Source: Cyanidioschyzon merolae (Eukaryota). Taken from it: 64,000 nt of DNA. Location of the stretch: the NCBI GenBank assembly GCA_000091205.1, contig AP006499.2; one strand, written 5' to 3'. The notes below the pieces were generated by a model. It searched no databases. It was not told where the DNA came from and saw only the letters and a list, made by a program, of their open reading frames with translations. A program made the position numbers and the translations under genes. This document shows, one piece after another, positions 33,199-44,600 of this stretch. Every line of letters begins with the position of its first letter. The first letter of the stretch is position 1.

Positions 33199-35160
33199 TC
33201 AGGCACTGCTATGTTGCGGGTGAATCGGCTGGGGCGTATTCGTATTCCGGCTGCATCGATTCAGAGCATTCACATAGGCCTGAACCGAGGCGGTCACCAC
33301 GTCGGTATCTGCGGCATAACCCGTAAAGATGCGATCCATGCGCCGATCCCGAACGCGAACCATAACCTCACCAAGCGAATCGATGCCACTCGTGACGCTG
33401 GACACAGTATACTCGAGCAGCTCAATATCCAGTCCATGCTGCGCAACGACGGCGTTGACAGCACAGTACGCCGCATCGACGGGGCCTGTACCAGTCCGCG
33501 GAACGGTAACCTCTTTGCCGGTCTCCATGACAAGCAGAGTCACCGTTGCGGTCGGTATGCTCGATGAGCCGCACTGCACCTGCACTCGCTTGAGTTTGAA
33601 ATGCTCGACCCCGATTTCCTTCAGGCCACCACTCACAATCGCCTCCAGGTCCGCGTCGGTAATTTCGCGTTTTCGATCCGCAAGCTCCTTGAAACGCAGA
33701 AACGCTCGGTTGAGGTCGTCGTCGCTGAGCTCGAAGCCCAGTTCCGTGAGGCGTGCCCGAAACGCCGCTCGGCCACTCAGTTTGCCCAGAGAGATCGCAT
33801 TCGTGGTGGCACCCACGGTATCAGCGCTCAGGATCGAGTACGTAGAGGCGTTACGGAGGTATCCGTGCTGATGTATACCCGACTCGTGACGGAAAGCGTT
33901 AGCGCCCACCACGGCCTTATTCGGTGCAACGACCATACCGGTGAGGCTCGACACCATTCGACTCGTCTTTGCAATTTCTCGAAACTGAATGTTCGTCAGC
34001 TGACGATCACTATGACCCGACGCAATATCATCCCGCCCAAAAACTCTGGCATAGTAATTGCGGCGCACGTACAGCGCCATGACGAGCTCTTCGAGAGATG
34101 CATTCCCCGCCCGTTCCCCGATTCCATTCACGGTAACCTCGACCTGGCGAGCGCCTGCCTCACAGGCAGCGAGGAAATTCGCAACACTCATACCCAGATC
34201 ATCGTGACCGTGCACGGAGAGAATAACATCGCCGGTCCGAACGCCCGGGACGTTCTCGTAGATGCCTCGTATGAGGGTGTACATTTCGTTCGGCGTAATG
34301 TACCCGCAGGTGTCGGGGACGTTGAGCGTGGTCGCCCCTGCCTCCGCGGCCCGACGGAAAGCCTCGTAGAGAAACTCGGGGTCTGACCGCGTTGCGTCCT
34401 CAGCCGAAAACTCCACGTCCTTGCAAAGCGAGCAGGCGTAACGCACTTGTTCCGATATGATGTCGAGCACCTCAGCGCGCGTCTTGCGCAACTTGTGCTC
34501 GAGATGAATATCGGACGTGGCGATGAAGGTATGGATACGGGGAAATGCCGCAACCTCTATGGCTTCCCAGCATCGTTTTATATCTGCGGCGGTGGCGCGA
34601 GCCAGGCCGCAAATAATCGGCGGATTGGGCCGGTTCCCAACTTGCTCCGCAATCCGACGCACAGCCTCAAAGTCGCCGTTGCTCGCAGCCGGGAAGCCGG
34701 CCTCCAGAACGTCAACACCAAGCGCGGCCAGTTGACGCGCCAGTGTCAGCTTCTCTTCGGCGTTCATGGCGGCTCCTGGAGACTGCTCGCCGTCGCGACA
34801 CGTGGTATCGAAGATGCGCACGCGCTCAGGGTCCCGCCCCGTGGCGACATCGTGCGCAGTAGGCTTCACCGGTACGCGTACGACTGGGCGCTCTGCTCTA
34901 GCGCTCGCGTCACTAACCGCGTTGCCTATCATGAGTAAGCGCTGAAGCGAGTCCCTTGTGCGTAAACCTCCAAGGCCTCTGCTTCGTGGCCGCCCCGCCG
35001 CACGGGGCACACCACGCCGACTCGCGAACGGAAAGGTAAACGCTGCCCTTGACGCTTGATCCGAGACATGTCCAAAACACTCCTTACGTACGCTGGATAT
35101 GGTCCTGTGGCTCGTCCATGATGGACCACAGAATGCTATGGTAGCGTACGCTTGCCACAT
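33199..35160 (-). CDS. 2-isopropylmalate synthase (LeuA type I, bacterial/plant-like) with an N-terminal transit-peptide-like extension
   Basis: 653 aa. [58 protein letters not shown] gives the DRE-TIM metallolyase N-terminal signature. [49 protein letters not shown] gives the HxH metal site. A C-terminal LeuA allosteric domain is present. The first 110 or so aa are Arg/Ser-rich. The real start may be an internal Met (MIGNAVS...). Confidence 0.95.
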   Translation of the reverse strand: MWQAYATIAFCGPSWTSHRTISSVRKECFGHVSDQASRAAFTFPFASRRGVPRAAGRPRSRGLGGLRTRDSLQRLLMIGNAVSDASARAERPVVRVPVKPTAHDVATGRDPERVRIFDTTCRDGEQSPGAAMNAEEKLTLARQLAALGVDVLEAGFPAASNGDFEAVRRIAEQVGNRPNPPIICGLARATAADIKRCWEAIEVAAFPRIHTFIATSDIHLEHKLRKTRAEVLDIISEQVRYACSLCKDVEFSAEDATRSDPEFLYEAFRRAAEAGATTLNVPDTCGYITPNEMYTLIRGIYENVPGVRTGDVILSVHGHDDLGMSVANFLAACEAGARQVEVTVNGIGERAGNASLEELVMALYVRRNYYARVFGRDDIASGHSDRQLTNIQFREIAKTSRMVSSLTGMVVAPNKAVVGANAFRHESGIHQHGYLRNASTYSILSADTVGATTNAISLGKLSGRAAFRARLTELGFELSDDDLNRAFLRFKELADRKREITDADLEAIVSGGLKEIGVEHFKLKRVQVQCGSSSIPTATVTLLVMETGKEVTVPRTGTGPVDAAYCAVNAVVAQHGLDIELLEYTVSSVTSGIDSLGEVMVRVRDRRMDRIFTGYAADTDVVTASVQAYVNALNRCSRNTNTPQPIHPQHSSA

Positions 35161-35180
35161 GTTTTACACTCGCAACAGTG

Positions 35181-35227
35181 CACACACACACGTATACACA
35201 CACGTACACACACACGCACACACACAA
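35181..35227. repeat. Imperfect (CA)n microsatellite in the IPMS/DEAD-box divergent intergenic region
   Basis: cacacacacacgtatacacacacgtacacacacacgcacacacacaac. Confidence 0.85.
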
Positions 35228-37153
35228 CAGGTGTCCTGCGTGCGCACTGAACGCTCGCCGTCGCGTTGCACGCATAGCGCCCTGCGATACGTGCGCGGGA
35301 TCGCCGGCGCACCGGCGATCTTTTGTTGGACAGAACGTCCACACGTACACCAGGCATCCCCGATGAGGCGCTTGAGATCAGCGCGCGTGCGCAAGCATCC
35401 ATCATTACTCGTTTGACCTGCTCGTTCAACCACCGATATACTCCCTGTGAAATACTGGATATTTGCGACTTTGCATAGTCCACCGTGTCTGAATCTAGCA
35501 TACAAAATGTCGCCGATATTTCCAAAGTGAACACAGCAGGAAACCTGACCAACTTTGTCATACAAGTGAGGGCATCGGCACGTCGATACCGAGATCGCCT
35601 GTTTTCATTCATCGTGCACTGACACTAGCGCATGGCACGGGGATGCAGCATGTCGCTGGCATCATTATCACCGTTATCATCGTCGTCGCGCCTCGAGCCG
35701 AAGCCCTCACTTGTATGAGAAATTTGGTCAGGTTTCCGTTCTGCGTTTGCATTGGCGCGATCGGCGACATATTGGATACTAGAGGCAGGATCGACGGACA
35801 ATGGAACGTGGGAAATAACCGAGATCTCTGAAGGATCCTATGACTCATGCAAGTTTACGGATGACGGGGCGTGGAACGATGAACCCGTCCCTGACCGTTG
35901 ATGTCAAGTGCGTTCCCGGGAGTCTCCGGTCCGTATAAACGACCTGCGCAACAACGGTATCCATATGGACACCGAAACGCTAGAGCGGGACCTGCTGCTG
36001 ACCTGCATGTGCCACAGGCGGGGTTTCGGAGAGGCGCTGCGGCTCCACGGCGGGCGCCGCTAAGCACCCAGACGCCATCCAGCGCATGTCGATATCTTGT
36101 CAATTATGCAACGGTTATGGATCGTACTGGCTGTACAAACCACTCCTCGGCGAGACGACGACACATCGTGCATGCAAGTAATGGGCAGCATAACTTTGGG
36201 CGATCCGCTACCGCTTCTATGCTGCGGTGGTAACGAGCACGCTGAGAGTCGCCTTGTCCGTCCATCTAATCTCAGCGTAAAAGTTGCGGGACTTTTGGAG
36301 CACGACAACGCATGCTTTGCTCCCCGCAGCGAACGGTAACAGGAAACAGAGCTTCCGGTCTTCTGGTCCAGGAGCATCCCGAACGCCATCGTTGCGCAGC
36401 GTGCGGGCTCGCACACCCCCTGAAACATGTGCCGTATTTGGAGAGTATCTTGAGTGCACGATTGCTGTATGGAACCAGAGAGGAGTGCTCAGATCCCCTG
36501 CAGTTGCTTGTATGCTACATTAATTTCGCAGCGCACCCTACCTCAGGAACAAAGGTTGGATACGAATATCACCAAAACAGCGCTAGCTGCATACCATTCA
36601 GCCATTGTTCGCATGATGGGTCTCGCGGTGCTCCCAGGATATGTAGAGGGAACGCGATCCCACATCCGCAAAGACATTCAAAAGCTCTGCTGTCTCTGGT
36701 TGTCTCTTTGGCAGTGGCGGTTGCACCTTCGACGTCCCAGCAAGCACCAGAGGTGGCCTCGGTAGCCGCAGGTTTATTGGATTCATCCGACCTCGATTCT
36801 CAGCGCACGACTGCTCCGGAGTTTGTGTAACCTACTGGATACTGCGGGAGCGCAATTAGCTCCATCCTGGATACCACTTCATAGCCTGGGTGCATCCATG
36901 AGGTTGAATCTGTTTCGCTCCGTCGATCTCCCGACTAGTGAGCACCACGAGTGCGCCACGGCGCTCTGGCGCAGCCGCAACGCTTGTTCTACATCTCTAC
37001 GTAGGCGGCTTCGAAGCCGTGTTTGGATGTTGGCTGTCTGGCAGTGTCGCGCACGGAACGGAACCTCAGTAGTCTTGTCGCTCATACGATATAAAAATTT
37101 CACAGGCACTCTCATCCGCTAGTTGGTAGCTGCATCCTTCAGTCTCTGTCAAG

Positions 37154-38365
37154 TTGGCGTCGACAAGTGGACGTTCGTGGAGCCGGCTGCTTTCCTCAGA
37201 CCTGATCCAGGCGTTGCATGCGCTCCGTCTGAGCCGGCCGACCCAGGTACAGGCCACGGCTATACCTGCGGCGCTAGAAGGTAATCATGTAGTTCTAACT
37301 GCGCAGACAGGCTCTGGAAAGACCCTGGGATATGTTCTTCCGTTACTAGAGCTACTACGGCGAGACCGTGCTCGTGAGGCACGAACGACCAGCCCAGCGT
37401 CGCCGTCGCCTCAGGCACTGATCGTCGTTCCGACTCGCGAGTTGGCTGCTCAAGTCTGCCGTGTCTGGAGCGACTTTACGGAATGCACGGGTCTGACGTG
37501 CTCGCTGCTGACGCGACAAGCGTTTCAAACTTCGAATGAAGTTGCCGCATGGGTGTCGCCCGCTAGGGATACTGCTGGAAAGGGAGAACCGGCGCTCTGG
37601 ACTCGCTTGCGCCATCTGCGCTACCTTGTTCTAGACGAGGCAGACAGCCTGTTTGCTATGCAGCAGCGCAACCAGCTTGCACCGCTTCCGTTGCATCGAC
37701 TCCAAGGCGGACAGCTGTGGTGCGTTGCCGCCACGATGACTCGCGGCTCACTCGCCCAGGTCGAAGCGCTGGCCCGAGCGCTGACGCCATCCCGAAAACT
37801 CTTCATTGCTCGAGATAATGGGCTCCACGAACCGCCACGAATTGTGCGTATTCGTTTCGAACTAGTTCAGCATCCGCCGCAGAAGGTGACGCGTTTGCTC
37901 GAATGGCTGCAAGCCGACGCTCGTGGTCTACTCCGAGACGGCAAAAGTACCCTCGTGTTCTGTAATTCCATCCAGACCTGTCGTTTCGTGCAGCACACGC
38001 TTCGTGAGCAGGGCGTCCTTGCCCTCGCGTGCCACGGCGGGATGCCTACACGTATGCGAGACGCGGCAGTAGAGCAATTCGCCAACGGCACCGCTGATGT
38101 GCTGATTTGTTCGGATTTGATGGCACGGGGAATCGATTGGCCCTTTGTCGGGCGAGTGCTCAGCTTTGACGCACCAGCAACATACCATCATTTTCTGCAC
38201 CGAGCAGGACGTCTACGTAGGGGCGGTGATTGCATCACGCTCATACGCAGAGCGCGCAGAGAGCAAGACCTCGCCATGATGATTGCGAAACGGTTTCCGG
38301 AGCGCACTCATTGGCAGGTAATGGAGCAGCAACCAAGCCTTGGGCGTGATCGGCTCCGGCCCTGA
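37154..38365 (+). CDS. DEAD-box ATP-dependent RNA helicase (short, about 400 aa core only)
   Basis: It has a Q-motif region (LSSDLIQALHALRLSRPTQVQATAIPAAL), motif I TAQTGSGKTLGYVLP, motif II LVLDEAD, a motif III-like VAATMT and a motif VI-like HRAGRLRRGG. Confidence 0.8.
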   Translation: MASTSGRSWSRLLSSDLIQALHALRLSRPTQVQATAIPAALEGNHVVLTAQTGSGKTLGYVLPLLELLRRDRAREARTTSPASPSPQALIVVPTRELAAQVCRVWSDFTECTGLTCSLLTRQAFQTSNEVAAWVSPARDTAGKGEPALWTRLRHLRYLVLDEADSLFAMQQRNQLAPLPLHRLQGGQLWCVAATMTRGSLAQVEALARALTPSRKLFIARDNGLHEPPRIVRIRFELVQHPPQKVTRLLEWLQADARGLLRDGKSTLVFCNSIQTCRFVQHTLREQGVLALACHGGMPTRMRDAAVEQFANGTADVLICSDLMARGIDWPFVGRVLSFDAPATYHHFLHRAGRLRRGGDCITLIRRARREQDLAMMIAKRFPERTHWQVMEQQPSLGRDRLRP

Positions 38366-39000
38366 GCATCCGACGACTTGCTTTGACACATTCTCGCTTT
38401 TGGAAGAGGTGCCTGCTGTTGTGAAAGGGGTGTGTTTGGACGCTTTCTGGTCTTGCGGATACAGACGCGATTGTTCATGAGGGCTTCTGTGGTCGCAGGA
38501 ACGTTTCAAGGAATTGTGTAGCTTCGATCCCGACGTATTGGTGCCTCGCTCGCCGAAAGCTAACTCGTCTTTTGCTGTGCATAAATCTGTTTCTCTGATG
38601 AAGCTTTGCGGTGTTGTACTGCGACCGCACTGAAGTGATGCGACTTGGAGGCACGTTGGCCGGTCCGTCGCAGAAAATTAGCGCAGCTTTTCCGGAAGTG
38701 TCATGAACACTCCGCATCTATGGCACGATGCAGCGAACCACCGGAATGTCACTGCTCTATCGATCGCTTCTGTTTCGATTGTTTCGCTCTGGAATTGGAC
38801 ATGAAAAGCGTGATGCGGCCAACCGAGGCGAATCGCATGCAGGACGCAGTCTCTCGACTTTGTCTGCAATCGTCGGCACCAGTATTTGTCAGGATGATGA
38901 ACAGTGGAAGAACGACTCCGTTTTGTCGGGGTATGCAAGCCGTGTGCACGTTGAAAGATACTCGCAAGCCGGTGCGGTTGGAATCGCGGGGTGCACAATA

Positions 39001-40411
39001 CCCATGTCAGCATAAAATGGAACAGGTCTACTTACCTAGCAGGAGCGTACACCCCAAAGTTTTCGTCTCATTCCATCGCCATGGACGTCGGCCTTTACGG
39101 GATGTTTCTGCGACTGTTTCCCTTCTCTCTCTCTCTGTATATTCTCTGGCTCGCCATACGCCGGTTTCCCCTGTTCCTCCAGCTGCGTTGTCAGCAGTCT
39201 CAGAATGCTGTCGCCGGTGTTCAAGTCCCGAATTCATCGCTTCCGGCTGTTTCAGACAGAATTCGCGCAAAGACAGTAGTTGCGTTCTACGCCTCGGTTG
39301 CCGTTTGCACGACTTGCTTCGTGTAGATCCTCGTTGCGCCCTTCACAGTACTGACACGTGACCATGGTCGGGTATGCCCGTACGTCCTGGGCACCTGCTT
39401 CCCCGAGTGCTGCCTGCCACATGCACTGGACGCTCACCTCAGGGGACGACCCCATTTCCGTGCCCAGTGCCGTACGCGATGAACACGGTCTTCCGCTAGG
39501 CGATACACTCGGCGAGCATGCTGACTGCTGTGCGCGCTCAAACACACACACACACACACACAGAGACACACATACAGACACAGACACATACTGACACACA
39601 GATACACAGACTCACACACGTCCACGCTGCTTCATTCGAGAGCGGATTTTTCTGGGACCCGATGTTGCTCATCGTGAGACAGGGACCGGAAGGAGCACTC
39701 ACGCTGGAGAACAAGTCGCGAAATCTCGACCCGTCAACGCTGCATTCGTGTCCAGCGTCCGTCACCGCGCTGCACACACGAAGCAAGCACTGCGATGACT
39801 CAAGCCCGAGCTCGGGAAGATTCTGTACTTGAAAGCAAGCTCTCGTAGCGTACTCCACAAAGCGTACCACGCTGGTGCCGATTCCCGTTTCTTCGCTAGA
39901 GAGAGACAGCGCGGGATTCACCTCCTGAAGCACATCCATCCTCTTGTCGTGACTGGCTCAGTGAGCCTTCAGCATGAGCCCGTGAACGAAACCCAAGCGT
40001 CGGTGTCGACGGTGCCCGGTCGACAATCCAACAGTTCGAGTCGCTGCGCTCATGGCTGGCATAGGGAGAAAAAAAGATTCGAAAACTTGAAGAATCCGTA
40101 ATGTAAGCATGTCGATCGTAAGGCAAGCGGGAGAACGGATGCTTGTTGATACGGGTCGGTCAAAGATACCGGTTACTTGTCGAACAACTGTTCAATAGCT
40201 TCGCGAATCGTCTTGATTCCATTTCCGTAAAAACCTTAAGCGGGAGAGCGTGGAAGAGGCCACGCCCAACTGACGACCCAGCATCCTAAAACTACGCATG
40301 AATCCACACACCTTGATTGCAGCACGTTGAATATCCATGCGATGCACGAAAAAAAACACGAGTCCGGAAAGATATCGAAAGACCTGAACAGAGCGACAAG
40401 TTCTGTTCGCC
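39001..40411 (-). repeat. Full-length member (copy B) of the ORF-bearing dispersed repeat family; it forms a direct repeat with 26863-28276 around the LeuRS/IPMS/DEAD-box segment
   Basis: See copy A. The six-frame ORFs are identical between the two copies. For example, 38991..39326 matches 26691..27188 and 39036..39224 matches 26898..27086. Confidence 0.9.
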
Positions 40412-41379
40412 TTTTTCACCTGACACGAGTGCATGAGCATCGTTCTATCGCTGCAGCGGCCAAGACTGGCCCGTAAGAAAAGTTGAAAACCCGCATGCTG
40501 ATGACCAGTTCGCAAACTGGGATACCCTCTCCCGCTTATGATGCTACCCAATCAAAAGATACCGTCTTGCGCTGTCATGGGTATGCGTCTTGTACAATAG
40601 CTACCAAACGCTCTTACGCTCACATGCTCGTGCGATGAATTTGGTCAAAAATAGCGTTTCAGGAAGCGCTTCCCCGATGACAACCGCACCAAGGCATCAG
40701 TTGGTGCTCGTGCACGGCTTCTGCACCCGCAATGCTGTGCTCAGGTAGGATTCGTGCATCGCACTCGAAATTTCCAGGTGCGCGATTGCCGAAGGTCAAA
40801 AACTCCATAAAAGATTTCACATTCTTCACACTCCCTTCATCGGTCCATGTATCCAAGCAAAGTGCTCCTTGAGGAGTCTCGCCTCAACCAAACTTGAATG
40901 GCGCTCTGTTTATCACCAACGTCGCATGCATGAATCGAAGCGAATGCCCCCGATTGCTCAGTTGGCTACAGTCTCCATGAAAAAGACCTCAAATCGCGCA
41001 AGTATCTCAGCATGCTCTGCGAGCAGCAAACGAATCGCCTCACATCAACCCTAAAATAAACGTGTCGAGGAATCGACGGCGGGGCGTTAAAGAGCGGCTA
41101 AACCCCACGTGCAAACATTCACTGGATACCACCCTGGATACGTTGTAGCTGACGCTGCATCCGATACTTGATGACCCTGCAATAACCGAGTTTTTTCGAT
41201 CAACAGAATGTTTCGATGGACTTGAATACCCGATATGGCCGCGTACCTACCCGCCGCCACCACCAACACCACCAACACTACTAAGACCAACACTTTCACC
41301 ATCACCGCCGTCAGCCCTTGGACGTTGGTGCGGTAACGATTTTCATGGGAAAACGGAGGCAGGTGGGCGTTATCTTCAT

Positions 41380-41510
41380 CTTCTTCATCTTCTTCCTCCT
41401 CCTCCTCCTCCTCCTCATCATCATATTCATCATCATCATCGTCGGCGTCGGCGGCGGCGACGGCGGCGGCGGCGCGCATCCCAATCGTCGCCGTAAGGCT
41501 CATCGTCGTC
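41380..41510. repeat. Trinucleotide repeat cluster (CTT/CCT/CAT/GGC)n
   Basis: cttcatcttcttcatcttcttcctcctcctcctcctcctcatcatcat ... ggcgtcggcggcggcgacggcggcggcggcg, upstream of Tic110. Confidence 0.85.
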
Positions 41511-41646
41511 GCCTCGCCTGGACACTCGAGATCGTCAGAAGCTGTGTTTCAGTTTCTGCCGAGCGAGAGTGGCAACTCTAGAGCTCGGAAGAGCCGTCAG
41601 TTACCCAACAGCAGCTTAGCGATCGATCATAATCCGCTCCGAAGGC

Positions 41647-44600
41647 ATGCAGAGTCCTGCGGAAGCATTGTCGCAGCAGCATGCACAAGGTTGGCACTTC
41701 ACGAGAGGACCTTTCGCCGTACTCGGCTTTGTCAACCTGTTTCCTGCGGGGGCTGGATCGAACTTTGCTACGAGAAACTTGCTACGGAAAGGTCGCTGCA
41801 GTAAACAGCAGCTGCGGGGAAAGCGCTGGTGCTGTGTGCGCGGCTTCCGAGTAGAGCGTCAGTCCCTGCAGGCTGCCGCCGAGGTGCCGACGCCTTACCG
41901 CTTCGCGCTGGGGCGAGCACCGGTCGAGCGAGCCAAGGCAGCGGGACCGATCTCGCAGCAGCATGCTCGATCAGAGGAAGAGTTGAACGAACTCGTAGCG
42001 AAGAGGTTCTTAGAACTGGTCCGCAGTGAGGGCACTGGGCCCGTTGGCGTTCCGGCTCAGCTGGTGAAGCCGGCTTGGCTCGAATGGAGCGACCGCATGG
42101 CCACCAGGCTGGCTGGTTTGGGGCAAGTCTGGCGCGTACTCTTCAGTGTGCTACTTGCAGCAACTATTGGGGCGGCTGCGGCCGGCGTAACGCCACCGGG
42201 ACGTCGACGCGCTGCGGGTTTCGCCGCGGGTGCGCTTCCAACTGCAGCGCTTGCCGTGGTGATGCTCCGGCGGGGACGCTCGATTGGTGCACCGCGAGCG
42301 CTCGCAAGCGCTCTTGTCGAGAGCACGGTTGCTGTATCGACGAAGAACATGCCGAGTGCGAGCGATGATCAGCGTCGCCGTGCAGACGACAATGGCGGCG
42401 AAGACACGGAAAGCGACGACAATGGAGCGACGTCCTCAAACGCGCCACCGCGACTGGGGCTTGCCTCACACATCGATCCGGAGATGATTCAGCGTGTGGC
42501 AATACAATACGGGATGCAGCCGGACGCTCCATCGTGGAAGCTGGAGACGCTTGTTGGTCTCTATGAACGATACCTACTGGCTTTGGTGCAGACGAGCGGC
42601 ACGCCGCGCGTCTCCGAAGTTCGCCAGTTGAAAGCACTGCGCTCCGCGTTTGGTCTGAGTCATGTCGATGTCGGTGACGCGCATCATCAAGTAGCGATGC
42701 GTTTTCGTAGAGAAAATTTCGTCTATATTGACGACTATATTCGCGCACAAGACGTCGACGATCGGAACTATGATGAGATCTTCCGGGAACGCGCACAAGA
42801 TGTGAATCAGAAACTTTCCAAGCTACTCTTCCTATCTGCACGCGTGCTCGACGATCCAACTGAACCAGAGGAGGCTTACCGCTACGAAATGGCCCGCTTG
42901 CGCAACGTATTTGACTTGTCAGAATCAGAGTTTCAGGCGCGTGTTCGTGACATTGCCGTTCCTTTCTACCAGACCGCAGTGCGGAAGGCTGTATGGCTGC
43001 TTGAGCAAGGTCGGTCGATCACTTTAGAGAAATTGCGATCTGCTCGGGAAATGCTGGATGTTGACGATGGCACCGCTAGTCGTCTGCATCTGGAGGCGTA
43101 TGGAGCGCTCGTGCAGCGCCTCCTGCAAGCACATTCGAACGAGAAAGTCCCACGTCTATCCGCAAAAGACATGAGCGTGCTCCAGGAGGCAAGGAGGCTT
43201 TTGGATATCGATGCAGGCGATGCAGATGCGCTGCTCCGCGATGCCGCAGAGCCGCTCTATCAGCAAGAGGTGGAGCGCGTCGTTGAGTCTGCAGATCTTC
43301 GCATTCCTACGGCACATGGGCGCCTAGCGGTGCGTCGGGAAGAGCTGGGGCTCAGCGTAGAGCTCGCACGCACAGCGGCAGAGAAGTGGATTCGCGGGCG
43401 TGTTACCGCTATCCTGAAGGATGCCACACGAGCGCTCCGCGTTCAGAACCTTACCATGACGATTGAAGAACTGAATCGCCTGCTGGGGCTTATCCGCAGA
43501 AGCTTGAGCATCATTCATGGCGTCGTCTGGGAAGAGGTCGTTCCGAATTCGGCCGAGCAACGCACCGTGAACGCGTCACTGGAGCGTATCATGAGTGTGC
43601 TCCTTGATGAGCTCGCGGACCTAGAGCGCCAGCAGCTCTATCGAGTGTACCTGGCAAAATGTCTTGAGGACCGCATGATTGACGCACAAGAAGGACGCAA
43701 CCTCGATGATCTTCGCGCCGTTCTGCGTATTTCTGAAAACGAAGCTGCCCAAGCGTACAACCGTGCTGCTGGTCCCGTCTACCGGGAAGCTGTGCTCGAG
43801 GTCATGGCAAATCGAAGCGAGTTTACGGACGCGGATATCCAGAGCCTGAACCAAATAGCAGGCGACCTGCATATACCGGCCAAGGTTGCCCACGATATTC
43901 GTATGGAGCTGTATCGAGAGCGTCTTGAAGCGAGCACCCGCGATAATCGGGTACCATCGGAGGAAGAGTCCAGTCAGCTGGCGCGTTTGCGAGAGCTGCT
44001 CCAGTTGGATTCGGAGGCGCTCGCGGCACTGCACGCCAGCGTCTGCGCAGGCACCTATGCGCAGTCAGTCGACGAGTGCATGGGCTCGAACGGCATCATC
44101 CCGGAGCCGTATCGCGCCGGGCTGGAGCGTCTGCGACAACGGCTCTGCCTTGATGAACGACGTGCCCGAGAGCTCTTCCTGCAGGTAGCTCGTCGACGAA
44201 TGGCGGGCTATGTACAGCGCGCGATCAAGCTCCTCCAGAAGAAACAGTCGTTTCGGGGTCAGGATGAAGAGCGCGATGTCGGTGACGATCCCTTCGTGCG
44301 ACGAGCGGGCGCTTTTCTGGGCATCGAGGCGGGTACCATCACCATTGAGCTGAGTAACTTGATCGATTTCTACATCCGCAATGGAATCCTAGAGATGGAG
44401 AATGAACAGGCTGTGTACCCGGTGAACCTCCGGGGTGTCTTCGATCTGAACATTCTTCAGGAGATGTATCGACAATACCTCATCCAGTCCTTCGCAGCGA
44501 AAAGTCGCACAGAAAAGGAGCGCCTCTTTAACAACCTCGCACATTTGGGGAACATCCTGGGCCTTACTTCAGCCGAGGTCAATGCCATTCATTCGAATAT

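Noticed and set aside
32466-33206. 246-aa minus-strand ORF that starts inside the last codons of IPMS and spans a (CA)n tract
   Set aside because: It overlaps the 3' end of IPMS in another frame and has an unusual composition. A run of Cys/Val codons comes from the CA repeat (GVCVCVCVCM). It is most likely spurious reading of the 3' UTR.
33199-35160. Bacterial contamination or recent HGT as an explanation for the bacterial-type LeuA and PNPase
   Set aside because: Both carry eukaryote-style N-terminal presequences and share the GC and codon profile of their neighbours. They are flanked by unambiguously eukaryotic genes (eIF4G, LSG1, DHX37). Type I IPMS and PNPase are expected plastid-pathway enzymes in algae and plants.
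26863-40411. LTR-retrotransposon interpretation of the two 1.4 kb direct repeats
   Set aside because: The 10.7 kb between them encodes housekeeping genes (LeuRS, IPMS, DEAD-box helicase). There is no gag, RT, RNase H or integrase, and the repeats lack TG..CA termini. Four more diverged solo copies of the same element also exist elsewhere in the window.
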